Part shown: in pieces, positions 19,299-29,469 of the stretch | How positions within the stretch are numbered: position 1 is the first letter of the stretch | Layout: every line of letters starts with the position of its first letter | Assembly: GCA_963761335.1 (NCBI GenBank) | Contig: CAVXGR010000011.1 | Span: 96,001-160,000 of the forward strand | Origin: an uncultured delta proteobacterium | GTDB lineage: Bacteria > Desulfobacterota > Binatia > HRBIN30 > BPIQ01 | Length of the DNA stretch: 64,000 bases | Direction: 5' to 3' | The notes under the pieces: model-generated | Databases searched by the model: none | What the model was told of the DNA's origin: nothing | What the model saw: only the letters and a program-made list of their open reading frames with translations | Position numbers and translations under genes: made by a program

Positions 19299-20069
19299 AT
19301 GAAGAAGCAACGGAAACCGATCGAGCTCTACTACTGGCCTGGCATTCCGGGACGCGGCGAATTCGTCCGCCTCGCCCTCGAGGACGCCGGCGCCGCCTAC
19401 GTCGACGTGGCGCGCCAGCGCAAGAACTGGATGGCAGCGATGATGGCATTCCTCCAGGGCGACGAGCCGGGGGCCCTGCCGTTTGCGCCGCCGTTCGTCA
19501 AGCTCGGCGATACGGTGGTCTCGCAGACGGCGAACGTCCTGGCGTTCCTGGCGCCGCGACTCGGCCTCGTTCCCGCAGCCGAATCGCTTCGTTGGGAGGC
19601 GAGCCAGATCCAGCTCACCATCGCGGACTTCGTCGACGAGATCCACGATACTCATCACCCGATCGCCGGCGGCCTCTACTACGAGGACCAGAAACCCGCG
19701 GCCAAGCGGCGCGCGCTCGACTTCGTGAAGGAGCGAATGCCGAAGTATCTGGGCTGGCTCGAGAAGGTCCTCGAGCGCAACCGCAAGAGCCGCAGCCAGT
19801 GGCTGGTCGGCGCCGACCGCACCTACGCAGATCTCTCGGCCTTCCAGGTCGTGGAAGGGCTGCGCTACGCCTTTCCGAAGGCGATGGCGCGGCTCGAAGC
19901 GGAGACCCCGAAGCTGATCGCCCTCCGCGACGCGGTTGCCGGCAGGCCCCGCATCGCAGCCTATCTGAAATCGAAACGGCGCGAGCCGTTCAATCAGATG
20001 GGCGTCTTCCGCCACTACCCCGAGCTGGACGCGCGGGCGCCGCGGACCCAGCGGGCGCCTTCGGGCTGA
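19299..20069 (+). CDS. Glutathione S-transferase family protein
   Basis: LYYWPGIPGRGEFVRLALE, FAPPF, SQTAN, HDTHHPI, TYADLS.FQ. Confidence 0.92.
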   Translation: MKKQRKPIELYYWPGIPGRGEFVRLALEDAGAAYVDVARQRKNWMAAMMAFLQGDEPGALPFAPPFVKLGDTVVSQTANVLAFLAPRLGLVPAAESLRWEASQIQLTIADFVDEIHDTHHPIAGGLYYEDQKPAAKRRALDFVKERMPKYLGWLEKVLERNRKSRSQWLVGADRTYADLSAFQVVEGLRYAFPKAMARLEAETPKLIALRDAVAGRPRIAAYLKSKRREPFNQMGVFRHYPELDARAPRTQRAPSG

Positions 20070-20155
20070 ACGCGGAGCGAGAGGGCGAGAGCGGCGAGCA
20101 ACAGAGGCACTCGCCGTTGGTGCTCGCCGGCAGCAGGCGGGTTCGCATCGCCTCA

Positions 20156-20575
20156 TCAGAGGCGGGTGAGATCCTGCACGGTGGGGATCAGCAGCTGGCC
20201 GGCCAGACCGGCCTCGCGGTGCACGCCGATCGCCTGCACCTCCGGCGAGGTGGCGAGGCGGTGGAACTCGGCGCGCGAGGGATACTCGGCGATGCCGACG
20301 GCGTCCCACAGCTCCTCGACCTCGCCGATCACCAGACCTTTCACCTCGCCGGAGAAGAGGAACCGCCCACCGGCGGCCTCGACGATGCCCCGCATCTCGG
20401 CGACGTAGCGCATGTAGGCTTCCCGGCCGGAGATGTTCTCGTCGCGGCCATCCGTGTACTGCGCTTTGTCGTGGAACTTGAGCAGGTTGACCATGGCAAT
20501 CGGTCCCGGCGTCGGGTCCTCTGCCAGCGGCATGAGCTGCTCGAACGTGGGATAGACGCTGTTGACGACTTTCAT
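20156..20575 (-). CDS. DUF1330-family protein
   Basis: GPIAMVNLLKF..A.Y.DG...SGREAY.RY, WD.V.IAEYPSR..F, HR.AGL. Confidence 0.85.
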   Translation of the reverse strand: MKVVNSVYPTFEQLMPLAEDPTPGPIAMVNLLKFHDKAQYTDGRDENISGREAYMRYVAEMRGIVEAAGGRFLFSGEVKGLVIGEVEELWDAVGIAEYPSRAEFHRLATSPEVQAIGVHREAGLAGQLLIPTVQDLTRL

Positions 20576-20646
20576 CTTCGATTCTCTCCTTTTCCCCGCG
20601 CCCCCGCCGGGGCGCCTGAGAAACGTCCCGCCAATCCCCGGTTTTC

Positions 20647-20768
20647 AGGGCTGTCTCTTCAACTAGTGTAGAAGCGCCGTCCCGGCGCTTTCCGAAGCGG
20701 CGAGACGCCGCTTCTACTGGGCCCGCGAGCCGGCGAAAGTTGTCTTGCAAGGGTTTTGAGACAGCCTC
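20647..20768. mobile_element. MITE with GGCTGTCTC terminal IRs, TTC target duplication and an internal GTAG-REP doublet
   Basis: ttc|agggctgtctc...GTAGaagcgccgtcccggcgctttccgaagcggcgagacgccgcttCTAC...ttttgagacagcctc|ttc. Confidence 0.75.
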
Positions 20769-20798
20769 TTCACCCGGGGCTCGCCCTTCCGAAACGGG

Positions 20799-21698
20799 CT
20801 ACGAGCGCACGAAGCGATCCAGCAGGTCGGCGATCTGGTCGGGCTGATCTTCCTGCAGGAAATGGCCGGCGTTTTCGATGGTCACGTGCGGCTGCCCCTT
20901 GGCGCCGGGCACGCGCTCCTGGAAGACTCGATAGCCGCCTCTGGTGACCGGGTCCGAGTCGCTGAACGCCGTCAGGCACGGGCGGGTGAACGATTCGAGA
21001 ACCTTCCATGCCGCCTTGTTCTCGGCGACCGACTCGTGCTGCGGCGTGATCGGCACCAGGGCGGGAAAGCGGCGCGCCCCCGCCTTGAAGCTCTCCTCCG
21101 GAAAGGGCGCCTCGTAGGCCGCCTTCTCGGTATCGGTGAGGGTGCGCTGGCAGCCCATGCCGATGATCTCGCCGATCGGCAGCACGGGAGTGTTCTGGCT
21201 GAAATCAAGCCAGCGCTGGAACGCTTCGCTGAAGCCCTCACCGACCGGCAGCCCGGTGTTGGCGACGACGATGCGGGCGAAGCGCTGCGGATGGGCGGCG
21301 ACCAGGCGGAGGCCGATCAGCCCGCCCCAGTCCTGGCAGAAGAGGGTGATGTTCTCGAGCTGCATCCCCAGCAACCACTCGCTCATCCAGTGCACGTAGC
21401 GCTCGTAGGTGTAGTCGGCCGGCTCGCTCGGCTTGTCGGAGCGACCGAAGCCGACGAGGTCGGGGGCGACGACGCGGTGCCCGGCGGCGGCGAGCTTGGC
21501 GATGATGTGCCGGTAGAGGAATGACCACGACGGCTCGCCGTGCAGCAGCAGCACCGGCGCAGCGTCCCGCGGCCCCTCGTCGATGGCGGCGATGCGCAGA
21601 GCCGTGCCGTCGGCATCACGCACCTCGCGATACTGAGGTGGGTAAGGGAAATCGGGCAGATCGTGAAAACGGGAGTCGGGTGTTCGCAACACTTTCAT
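20799..21698 (-). CDS. Haloalkane dehalogenase (HLD-I type)
   Basis: [36 protein letters not shown] nucleophile, AGHFLQED. Confidence 0.92.
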   Translation of the reverse strand: MKVLRTPDSRFHDLPDFPYPPQYREVRDADGTALRIAAIDEGPRDAAPVLLLHGEPSWSFLYRHIIAKLAAAGHRVVAPDLVGFGRSDKPSEPADYTYERYVHWMSEWLLGMQLENITLFCQDWGGLIGLRLVAAHPQRFARIVVANTGLPVGEGFSEAFQRWLDFSQNTPVLPIGEIIGMGCQRTLTDTEKAAYEAPFPEESFKAGARRFPALVPITPQHESVAENKAAWKVLESFTRPCLTAFSDSDPVTRGGYRVFQERVPGAKGQPHVTIENAGHFLQEDQPDQIADLLDRFVRS

Positions 21699-21722
21699 GG
21701 GCTCTCCTTTCGCGGAGGGGCT

Positions 21723-23390
21723 TCAGTTCTCCCAGTACACATACTCGTCGTCGGGGCGCTCGGCGACACCGAGAGGGTGGTCGACGTCGATGGCGGCCTC
21801 GATCAGCGACGGCCAGGCCGGCTTGACCATCTCGGCCTCGTAGGCGGCCAAGATCGCCTTCAGCTCGCGCACCTTCTCGGGGTTCTTCGCCGCCAGGTCG
21901 ACGCGCTCGGTCGGATCCTCGTCGAGGTGGAAGAGCCAGTCCTTCTTCGGTCGCTCGGAGACCTGAAGCTTCCAGCCGCCGGCGAGCACCGTCCGGTATC
22001 CTCCCGAGCGCCAGAAGAGCGAGGGGTGCGGCGGTCCGTGCTCTTCGCCGCGCAGGTACGGAAGCAGATTGACGCCGTCGATCTTCCGGTCTGCCGGCAG
22101 GGGCGCATGCGCGGCGGCCGCGGCCGTCGGAAAGATGTCGATCTGCGCCACCGGCGCGCTGAAGGTGCTCCCGGCAGCCAGGGTCGTCGGCCACTTCAGG
22201 AAGAACGGCGAGTGCATACCGCCCTCGAAGAAGGTCATCTTCCAACCGCGATAGGGACGGTTGATATCGGGGAGGCCGATGTAGTTGGCGCCGCCGTTGT
22301 CGCTGCTGAAGAACACCAGGGTATTGCGTTCCAGCCCATTCGCCTTCAGTGCCTCGAGGACGCGCCCAACGGAGCGGTCGAGGGCGCGGATCATCGCCGC
22401 GTAGACGCGCAGGCGATGGTCCTTGATCTGCGGCATGGCGTCGTAGTCGGAGCGCAATGCCTGCAGCGGCGTGTGCGGCGCATTCGGAGCGAAGTAGAGA
22501 AAGAAGGGGCGGTTGCGGTTGGCGGCAATCGCCTTTGCCGCCTCATTGCCGAGATAATCGGTCATGTACTCGGGCGGCCGGAAACGGTCGCCGCCGTCCT
22601 TGCGCACCGCGAAGGGCAGATTCGCCCACAGAAAGACGTCGATGGGGTCGAACTCCTGCACCGAGTTCACCGCCCGGGGATCGTCGGGGTCGAGGTACAT
22701 GGAGGCGCCGGGGTAGAAGCCGAGATACTCGTCGAAGCCCTGTGCCGTCGGCCGCAGCGCCGGCGCCTCGCCCAGGTGCCACTTGCCGAACCCGAGCGTG
22801 TGGTAGCCGCGAGCCCGCAGCAGCTCGGCGAGCGTGACCTCCTCGGGCGACACGCCCTCCTGGTCCATCGATGGCACGTCCTTCTCCCGCTCGTCGTGGT
22901 AGATCGGCGCGTGCAGTATTCCCGGCTGATTGCGCGTCATGCTGGCGACCAGGCGCATGAAGATCTTCGGCGCCGGGGTGAACTCGAAACCGAAGCGGCT
23001 CGGGTAGCGCCCCGTCAGGATTGCGGCGCGCGACGGCGCGCAGGTGGCGTTGTCGGCGTACCCGGCGGTGAAGCGGACGCCGTCGCGGGCGATGGAGTCG
23101 ATGTTCGGCGTGGCGACGGCGCCGGCGGCGACGCCGCCACCGGCAAAGGTCAGGTCGTTGTAGCCGAGGTCGTCGGCGACAATGACGACGATGTTCGGCA
23201 GCCGTGCGTCGACGGGCGCCGAAGGCCTGCTGGGACCGGCATCCCAGGTCACCTCACGGGGCGCATGGATCGGATCCATGAGTCGCGACAGCACTCCGAG
23301 ACCGTGAAGCTTCAGGTAGCCGTAGGCTCTCCAGCCGCCGAGGACCAGAGCGACCAGCACCAGGAGCAGCGCGACACGTCTACTCGTCAT
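21723..23390 (-). CDS. Formylglycine-type (Cys) sulfatase with N-terminal membrane anchor
   Basis: PNIVVIVADDLG, TCAPSRAAILTGRY (CxPxR), GKWHLG, PHTP, SDNGG. Confidence 0.93.
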   Translation of the reverse strand: MTSRRVALLLVLVALVLGGWRAYGYLKLHGLGVLSRLMDPIHAPREVTWDAGPSRPSAPVDARLPNIVVIVADDLGYNDLTFAGGGVAAGAVATPNIDSIARDGVRFTAGYADNATCAPSRAAILTGRYPSRFGFEFTPAPKIFMRLVASMTRNQPGILHAPIYHDEREKDVPSMDQEGVSPEEVTLAELLRARGYHTLGFGKWHLGEAPALRPTAQGFDEYLGFYPGASMYLDPDDPRAVNSVQEFDPIDVFLWANLPFAVRKDGGDRFRPPEYMTDYLGNEAAKAIAANRNRPFFLYFAPNAPHTPLQALRSDYDAMPQIKDHRLRVYAAMIRALDRSVGRVLEALKANGLERNTLVFFSSDNGGANYIGLPDINRPYRGWKMTFFEGGMHSPFFLKWPTTLAAGSTFSAPVAQIDIFPTAAAAAHAPLPADRKIDGVNLLPYLRGEEHGPPHPSLFWRSGGYRTVLAGGWKLQVSERPKKDWLFHLDEDPTERVDLAAKNPEKVRELKAILAAYEAEMVKPAWPSLIEAAIDVDHPLGVAERPDDEYVYWEN

Positions 23391-23408
23391 TGGGCGCTTT
23401 CCCTCGCT

Positions 23409-24434
23409 TCAGGCGAAGAGAAGCTCGCATCCGCTGCCGGCGAGGAGCCCGTCCACGGTGGCGCGGTCACCGGCGGCGAGCCCGGCATAGCCGTCGCGAA
23501 GCCAGCGCAGGCATTTCCCCTGATAGGGAAACGGGCGTTGCCTCCACGGCCTGCCGTCGATGGTGCACTCGACCCGCTCGGCGCCGCGATCCAGTGCCGC
23601 GGCATTGGCGAGCAGGAAGGGCACGTAGACGCGTCCGACCTCCGCCAGCAGACCGCGCAGCGACTCGGGCACCGCGCCGCGCGACGTCCACTCGTCATCC
23701 CGCGGCTCCAGACCGGAGAGATCCTCGGTCACGTCCACCCAGGCCACGACGCGCGGCGCCTCCTGGCGCGCCAGCGCCGCGGGCGTGGGATCGAAGCCGA
23801 CCAGCTGCGTCAGCTGCCCGAAGAGCGCGAAGTCCGAAGACGCCGGGCGCCCGCCGAAGAGAAAGCGCGAGTGCCTCAGGTGGGCGTCGAGCAGGCGGAG
23901 CAGACGCCGGTAGCTCTCCTCGATGACCGGAGCGGTGATCTCGTTCGAGCCGACGACGGCGAGACGCCCGACCTGGCGTTCGGCAAACATCTTGCCGTTG
24001 GCGACCGCCTCGCTCTCCGGCTGGTCGGTGCGAAACCAGCGCGGCAGGATGGCCGCGGCATTGGCGACGTCGGGGGCAAAGGCCCAGCGGTAGTGGAACA
24101 TCGCCTTGGTGACCCACTCGTCGGCGTAGTCCTCCAGTAAGGCGTCGATGAAGGACAGCGCCGCCTCGGCCGGGATCACCGAGCGCTCCGGATGGCGCTT
24201 CTCGAGCTCGCGGATGAGCGGCGTGGAGTCGGTGCGCGCCTCGAGGGCACCATCCGCCCCCGGAAGCATGAGCTGCGGGAGGAGCTGCACGCGGGGTTGC
24301 GGCAGAGCGCGGCTCTCCGGTGAGCCCTGGTTGATCCACGCGTAGGGAATGCGACGGTAGCGCAGCACGGCGCGCAGCTTGCGGCTGTACGGAGAGCCCG
24401 GGGCTCCGACCATGCGAAGCGGTTGATCGATCAT
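23409..24434 (-). CDS. Glutathione S-transferase-like protein
   Basis: GSPYSRKLRAVLRYR, DSTPLI, LEDYADEW, FLFGGRP...DFA. Confidence 0.88.
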   Translation of the reverse strand: MIDQPLRMVGAPGSPYSRKLRAVLRYRRIPYAWINQGSPESRALPQPRVQLLPQLMLPGADGALEARTDSTPLIRELEKRHPERSVIPAEAALSFIDALLEDYADEWVTKAMFHYRWAFAPDVANAAAILPRWFRTDQPESEAVANGKMFAERQVGRLAVVGSNEITAPVIEESYRRLLRLLDAHLRHSRFLFGGRPASSDFALFGQLTQLVGFDPTPAALARQEAPRVVAWVDVTEDLSGLEPRDDEWTSRGAVPESLRGLLAEVGRVYVPFLLANAAALDRGAERVECTIDGRPWRQRPFPYQGKCLRWLRDGYAGLAAGDRATVDGLLAGSGCELLFA

Positions 24435-25111
24435 CTGTGCACCTCCGCTCTGGCCCCTCTGCTCTGTGGGTGCAGCGCCGCGACCAAGGCGAGAACCGCA
24501 CGCTCCACGGCCGCCCGCGCCCGCGCCACGCCGAGCCCCTGGTCGCTGCGCAGCCGGTCCCAGGCCTCGAAGGAAGCGGCGAGGTCGACGGCGTCGGCAA
24601 CGGCACCCGGCGCCTCGCCGATCTCCGGCAGCCAGCGAATCAGATCGGCGCGCAGCGCCCGCACCAGGTGCGCGTGGCGATCGCGAAGAAACGGAGACCG
24701 CCAGCGTTTCAGATTTCCCGAGCGCTTGAAGGGCGCGATGCGCTCGAAGAAGACGGCTCGTTGCTGCACCAGGGCGCGAGCTCTCTCCGAGAGCGGGCCC
24801 TGCCGGGTGCCGCCGACGAGCAGAGGCAGGACCTCCGCTTCGAGCCTCGCATTCATCTCGGCGAACAGGCTCTCCATGTCCGAGAAGCGCCGGAACACGG
24901 TGCGAATTCCCACGCCGGCGCGCGCCGCCACCTGCTGCGCCGTGGGCTCGAGAACGCCCTCGCCGACCAGCCCCAGCAGCGCCTCGACGATCGCCTGGCC
25001 GCTCCGCTGCGAGCGCCGCACGCGGCCGTCAGCGGCGATCTCCGGCGTTTTCTTGCTGAGCAGCGCCGCCCCGCGGATCGCCTTGCGCGCCCCCTCGGTG
25101 GGTCGTTCCAT
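24431..25111 (-). CDS. TetR/AcrR-family regulator
   Basis: DGRVRRSQRS...PTAQQVAARAGVGIRTVFRRF HTH. Confidence 0.9.
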   Translation of the reverse strand: MERPTEGARKAIRGAALLSKKTPEIAADGRVRRSQRSGQAIVEALLGLVGEGVLEPTAQQVAARAGVGIRTVFRRFSDMESLFAEMNARLEAEVLPLLVGGTRQGPLSERARALVQQRAVFFERIAPFKRSGNLKRWRSPFLRDRHAHLVRALRADLIRWLPEIGEAPGAVADAVDLAASFEAWDRLRSDQGLGVARARAAVERAVLALVAALHPQSRGARAEVHR

Positions 25112-25124
25112 GGAGGTCAATCTA

Positions 25125-25151
25125 TTGGCATAATGACTGCCGTTATGTCAA
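25125..25151 (-). promoter_or_regulatory. Probable TetR operator palindrome overlapping a TTGACA -35 box
   Basis: ttggcataa-N9-ttatgtcaa; minus strand begins TTGACA. Confidence 0.65.
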
Positions 25152-25163
25152 GCCGCGATTGCT

Positions 25164-25298
25164 GCCGCGGTTTCAAGCTCCCAGCCCTCCAGCCCCTTCA
25201 AGACCATTCCCGCCGGCTCGCGGGCCGAGGAGAAGCGGCGTCTCGCCGCTTCGGAAAGCGCCGGGACGGCGCTTCTACTTTGGTTTTGAGACCGCCTC
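25164..25298. mobile_element. Second copy of the REP-doublet MITE (opposite orientation of the core)
   Basis: ttcaagaccattcccgccggctcgcgggcc-agaagcggcgtctcgccgcttcggaaagcgccgggacggcgcttctac-ttttgagaccgcctc; left end degenerate. Confidence 0.7.
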
Positions 25299-25386
25299 TG
25301 CAGCCCCCGGCGACCATCACGGAGGCGTGACGCGCCGCGCCTGCCGGGTCGATCCCGCCGCCATTTCGTTCGCCCGCCCCTTCCAA

Positions 25387-25953
25387 CTACTCCGCATCTT
25401 CGATCTTGCGCACCGGCATCAGCTGCGGCCGCAGGCGCAGCGGTTCGGCCTTCTCGGCGATCAGCTCGCGGTTGCGCTCGCTGTATGAGAAGCAGGTGTC
25501 GCGCATTCCCGGAACGTTCTCCATGACGAAGGCGTGGCGGCGGGCGGGGACGTCCTCGCGGGCTCGCTCCTCGCGCGGCATCGCCTGGAAGACGCGCACG
25601 AAGTGCAGCTGGTAGGCCGCCTGAGCGATCTCGACGAGCAGCTCGGAGACCCGGTGGCAGCCGCCGGAGCCGCCGACGATACGCCGCGCCGCGCCGGTGA
25701 AGCCGCGCTCGACGCGCATGCCGATGAGGCGCTCGACGTTCGGGTGCGTCATGTCGCAGACGCGCGTGAACGGGCCGTTGCGCACCTGGCTGCGGGCGGC
25801 GACGATCTCCAGCGACGGATGGAGGATCTCGACCTCGGCGTGCACGTCGTGAACCTCGTCCTGCAGAAACGCCTCGATCAGGAAGCGGTCTCCGCCGAGC
25901 GGGTAGATGTTCACTTCCTTGGTGCGGTGATAGACCGCAGTCACATCTGGCAT
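25387..25953 (-). CDS. DUF2889-family protein
   Basis: EAFLQDEVHD...PFTRVC...L.GMRV..GF......GG..GC.RV.EL...DTCFSY. Confidence 0.8.
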   Translation of the reverse strand: MPDVTAVYHRTKEVNIYPLGGDRFLIEAFLQDEVHDVHAEVEILHPSLEIVAARSQVRNGPFTRVCDMTHPNVERLIGMRVERGFTGAARRIVGGSGGCHRVSELLVEIAQAAYQLHFVRVFQAMPREERAREDVPARRHAFVMENVPGMRDTCFSYSERNRELIAEKAEPLRLRPQLMPVRKIEDAE

Positions 25954-26009
25954 GCCGGCGCTTATACTTGGGTGGCAACGCCAGTGCCAGATCGCTGCTG
26001 GCGCAACAT

Positions 26010-26849
26010 CTACAGCGCGGCGCCGCTTTCCGCAGGCGTACCGATGCTCGCCTGCCCCATCAGGGGCCAGTAGCTCATCTCGTTGCCAAAGGCGTCGAAG
26101 GCAGTCACGTAGAACGTGTAGCCGCTGCTCGACAGCAGGTCGGCGACGTCCAGCTGCAAAACGTCGGGCGGCGTGCTGGCGATGCGAGATACTCCGCACG
26201 GCGGAGGCTTGCCCCGCAAGCACCACTTTTCCTCGTAGATGCGATAGCCGCGGACGCCGCTGTCGTCCCTCGCCGCCTCCCACTCCAGGTGAGCGCCGTG
26301 CGCCCAGATGCCGCTGGCACGCACCCCCGGCACAGGCCGCGGCGGCGTGACATCGGTCCCCAGCGGCCAGACCGGGAGCTTCAGCCCGCAGCTGGCGCTG
26401 CCCTGACTGCTGGTGGCGCGAACGGTGACCTTCTGCGTGGGCGCCTCGAGCGGATACGGCGTCGTCTCCTGCCCCTCGAGCGGCGTCCACGAGGCGCGAT
26501 AGTGCCCGGAAATCTCCGTCGGACTGAACGTCATCCCCTGCGGTCCAGACTCGAGCGACAACGCCGGCAGCGGCGTACCGGCGGCATCGAAGTAGATGTC
26601 GACGCGAACCCCGACGATTACGCTCGGTATCCAGCCAGTAGCGCCGGTGGGATCGCTGTATCTACACGACGGCGCCGGCGACAACCTCGCCGCCCTTGGC
26701 CCGGCGGGTTGTGCATCCTGCGCGAGAGCGCCGCCGGCGACGACAATCACCGTCACCAGCGCGCCCAGCGCGCCTCCCAAATGGGTTCCGACCCGGGCCC
26801 TCGACCGCCTGCCACCTCTCCTCGCGCGGCGATACCGCCTCTGCGTCAT
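26010..26849 (-). CDS. Exported fibronectin type III domain protein
   Basis: Hydrophobic N-terminal segment; DVTPP.PV.GV....L.WEAARDDSGV.GYRIY...YTFYVTAFDAFGNE; RBS AGGAG. Confidence 0.75.
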   Translation of the reverse strand: MTQRRYRRARRGGRRSRARVGTHLGGALGALVTVIVVAGGALAQDAQPAGPRAARLSPAPSCRYSDPTGATGWIPSVIVGVRVDIYFDAAGTPLPALSLESGPQGMTFSPTEISGHYRASWTPLEGQETTPYPLEAPTQKVTVRATSSQGSASCGLKLPVWPLGTDVTPPRPVPGVRASGIWAHGAHLEWEAARDDSGVRGYRIYEEKWCLRGKPPPCGVSRIASTPPDVLQLDVADLLSSSGYTFYVTAFDAFGNEMSYWPLMGQASIGTPAESGAAL

Positions 26850-26897
26850 TCCGAGTCTCCTGTACTTCGACTCGGCCCAAGTCGCGTGCCTGGCGTA

Positions 26898-26913
26898 TGC
26901 AAGAGCCACGCCC
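26898..26913 (-). promoter_or_regulatory. Putative sigma-54 promoter
   Basis: Minus strand gGGCGTG-gctc-TTGCA, ~50 bp upstream of the FN3 gene. Confidence 0.45.
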
Positions 26914-27043
26914 GCCCTCATCCTCCCAGATTCCGCGGCGCGACGCGCGGAGACGTCTCGAGGATCTGGGCATATGCCCCCGCGAGGACAGAAATGCCCC
27001 ACGGTCAGGCAGATGTCTCAGAGAGAAGCGGACGCCGTCCCGA

Positions 27044-29284
27044 TCAGTGGAAGAGGCGCTCGAGACCGCGGCGCAGGAGCTCCTCCTCGGGCCCCGGCGT
27101 CGCGCTCCCGCCCTTTGGCTTGCCGAGCAGCTTGTTCAGCCCCTCTCCCACCAGAGCGCGCTGCAGTGCCCGGGCGATGAAGCTGGCGTCGGGCTGCGCG
27201 CGCAGGCGCGGCACCGTGCCCGTCAACCTGAACGGTACCTCGAGGCAGCCGGAGGCGTCGGTCAGATACCTGGCTTCGCCGACGTCGCGGGCAATGTCGG
27301 TGCTCAGCTGGCGCGATGCCCTCAGCTTCGACGAGAGGTCGACGGTGCCGTCGAACCCCAACCAGCCGGCCGCGGAGATGCTGTAATCGCGCGCCACCAG
27401 CGTCAGATCGTCGGTGCGCATTCGTTCCTCGGCGATGCGCAGGGTGCCGCCGAGGCTCTGGAAGTGGGCATCGGCGGTGCGGAAGAGGTCCGGGTACTTG
27501 TTGCGCACCCGCGGCGAGATCAGCTCGGCAAGACCCGGCATCCCGGTGATTCCCCCGAGGACGCTCGAGGCGACGTTCACGTCGTAGACCACTCCGTCGC
27601 GCACTGTCGCCCGGCCGCTGCCGACCAGCGAGCGGCGAATCGCCGGCCATTGCGCGCCGCGTCCGCGGACGTGCAAATCCGTGTCGAGCCGACCGCCGAG
27701 GCGCGGCGAGGACGCGGCCGCGGAGCGCGCCGCCAGCTCTTCGAGCTGCATGCCGCGCAAGCTGCCGTCGAGATCGAAGGCCGGCGATTCGCCGGCGGCG
27801 ACGTCGACCGTGCCGCTGAGCCGACAGCTGCCACCGGCGGCGCGCAGGGTGAGCTCGCGAAGCAGGAGATGCCGTTGACGGAGCTCGAGCCGGCCGTTCA
27901 GATCGCTGTAGTCGAGGCCGCGCAGGCGGCCGCCGGCCGAACGGACATCTGCCTGCAACTGCAGGGCGCCCGCATCCTCGGCGTATGTCGCCCGCACGTC
28001 CAGGTCCTTGAGCACCCCGGCGCTCGGATCGCCGAAGGCGCTGGACTTCAGCTCCGGCGAGCGGAGCGCCAAGGTCCCCTGGCGGTTCTTCACGTCCTCC
28101 ACCATCGCTTCGAGCTCGATGGCCGAGTCGCCGAGGGAAAAGCGTGTCGGGGGGACCTGGATCTGATTGCGCTCGAAGGAGATCACCGTCGACAGCCCCT
28201 GCAGGGGGACGCCGGGTCGCAGCTGGGCTCCGATGTCCTCAGCCGTCAAGCTGCCTTCGACGACCGGGATGGAGCCGGCGCCGAGAATCGCATCGATACC
28301 CAGGTGTGCGTCGATCACGCCTGTCGGCTGCAGCCCAGCGACGAGTGGCACCAGACCTGCCCAGGCGGCAAATGGCAAGCGGTCGCCATCGAACCTGCCC
28401 TCGAAGCGAATCGGAGCCCCGTGGATGTGGAGCACACCGCTGCCCGAAAGCTCGGAGTCGGCGACCTGAACGGCAAACCGGGGAATGTCCACCTCCTCGG
28501 CGGCGGGGTCCACCTGCACCTGTAGCACCAGCGGCAGATCCCTGGGCTTGGCGAAGGCGGTGCCAAACGACAGAGCCGCGCCGGTGGTGTCGAGGGTCAG
28601 CACAATCGAAGGCGCCCCGCCGCTTCCGAACACGGTCGCGTGCAACTCCATGTCGCCCTGGCCGGCGAAGCCCTCGGGCAACAGTGGCGCGAGCGCCTCG
28701 TTTGCAGAGACCGCCTCGACGGTCAGGGGCTCGACGTCGACCCGCAGATCGAGAGGTGCGGCGGCGTAGTCGAGCGCCGCGCTGATCGGCCCGGCGGTGC
28801 CGGAGACGCGCAGGTTCTGCGTCTTGCTGCCGGGAAGCGCCGCGGCCAAATCGATCTGCAGCGGAACGCCGATACCGACGTCACGCGCGGAGAGGTCGAT
28901 GTCACTGGCATCGACGGCAATTGGTGGCGAGAGGTTCCGATCGACGAAATGGACGACGCCATCGCGAACGCGGAGGCGGCTGATCTGATAGCGCCCAAAG
29001 AGCGCCGGCAGCAGCTTCAAGACGAAGTCGACGCGGCGCGCTCGGAAGAGATCCGTCGAGCCGTCATCCGCGGCGATGCGCAGGTTGGTGAGCTTGGCGC
29101 CAAGGCCGCCGCGAAAGCTGACACCGATACCGTCAAATGAAATCGGCCGGCCAATCGCCGCCTGCGCCTGCTCTGCCAGCCACTGTCGGTTGTCCTTCAA
29201 CCAGGAGTCGAGGTGAATCGCGACGAACACAATGCCCGCGGCGATCACGGCCAGCACTGCAACCGGAATGACCCATCTACGCAT
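27044..29284 (-). CDS. AsmA-family (repeating beta-groove) envelope protein
   Basis: N-terminal TM, AIGRPISFDGI...LKLLPALFGR; C-terminal GWLGFDGTVD...VPFRLTGT..P..QPD. Confidence 0.85.
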   Translation of the reverse strand: MRRWVIPVAVLAVIAAGIVFVAIHLDSWLKDNRQWLAEQAQAAIGRPISFDGIGVSFRGGLGAKLTNLRIAADDGSTDLFRARRVDFVLKLLPALFGRYQISRLRVRDGVVHFVDRNLSPPIAVDASDIDLSARDVGIGVPLQIDLAAALPGSKTQNLRVSGTAGPISAALDYAAAPLDLRVDVEPLTVEAVSANEALAPLLPEGFAGQGDMELHATVFGSGGAPSIVLTLDTTGAALSFGTAFAKPRDLPLVLQVQVDPAAEEVDIPRFAVQVADSELSGSGVLHIHGAPIRFEGRFDGDRLPFAAWAGLVPLVAGLQPTGVIDAHLGIDAILGAGSIPVVEGSLTAEDIGAQLRPGVPLQGLSTVISFERNQIQVPPTRFSLGDSAIELEAMVEDVKNRQGTLALRSPELKSSAFGDPSAGVLKDLDVRATYAEDAGALQLQADVRSAGGRLRGLDYSDLNGRLELRQRHLLLRELTLRAAGGSCRLSGTVDVAAGESPAFDLDGSLRGMQLEELAARSAAASSPRLGGRLDTDLHVRGRGAQWPAIRRSLVGSGRATVRDGVVYDVNVASSVLGGITGMPGLAELISPRVRNKYPDLFRTADAHFQSLGGTLRIAEERMRTDDLTLVARDYSISAAGWLGFDGTVDLSSKLRASRQLSTDIARDVGEARYLTDASGCLEVPFRLTGTVPRLRAQPDASFIARALQRALVGEGLNKLLGKPKGGSATPGPEEELLRRGLERLFH

Positions 29285-29469
29285 TTCTGCTCCCCGCGCC
29301 GTCTTCGACACCGGTTCACCCAACCTGAGCGAGGTCGAGCCACCAGTCAACGGGCACGTATTCCTACGGGAGACAAATCCCGCAAGCGTCTATGGGAAAT
29401 CCCCTAATTGACGCGGAGCGGCACTGGGCGTAAAAGATTCCTGTGGCGATCGGATTGGAGGAACAGCTG

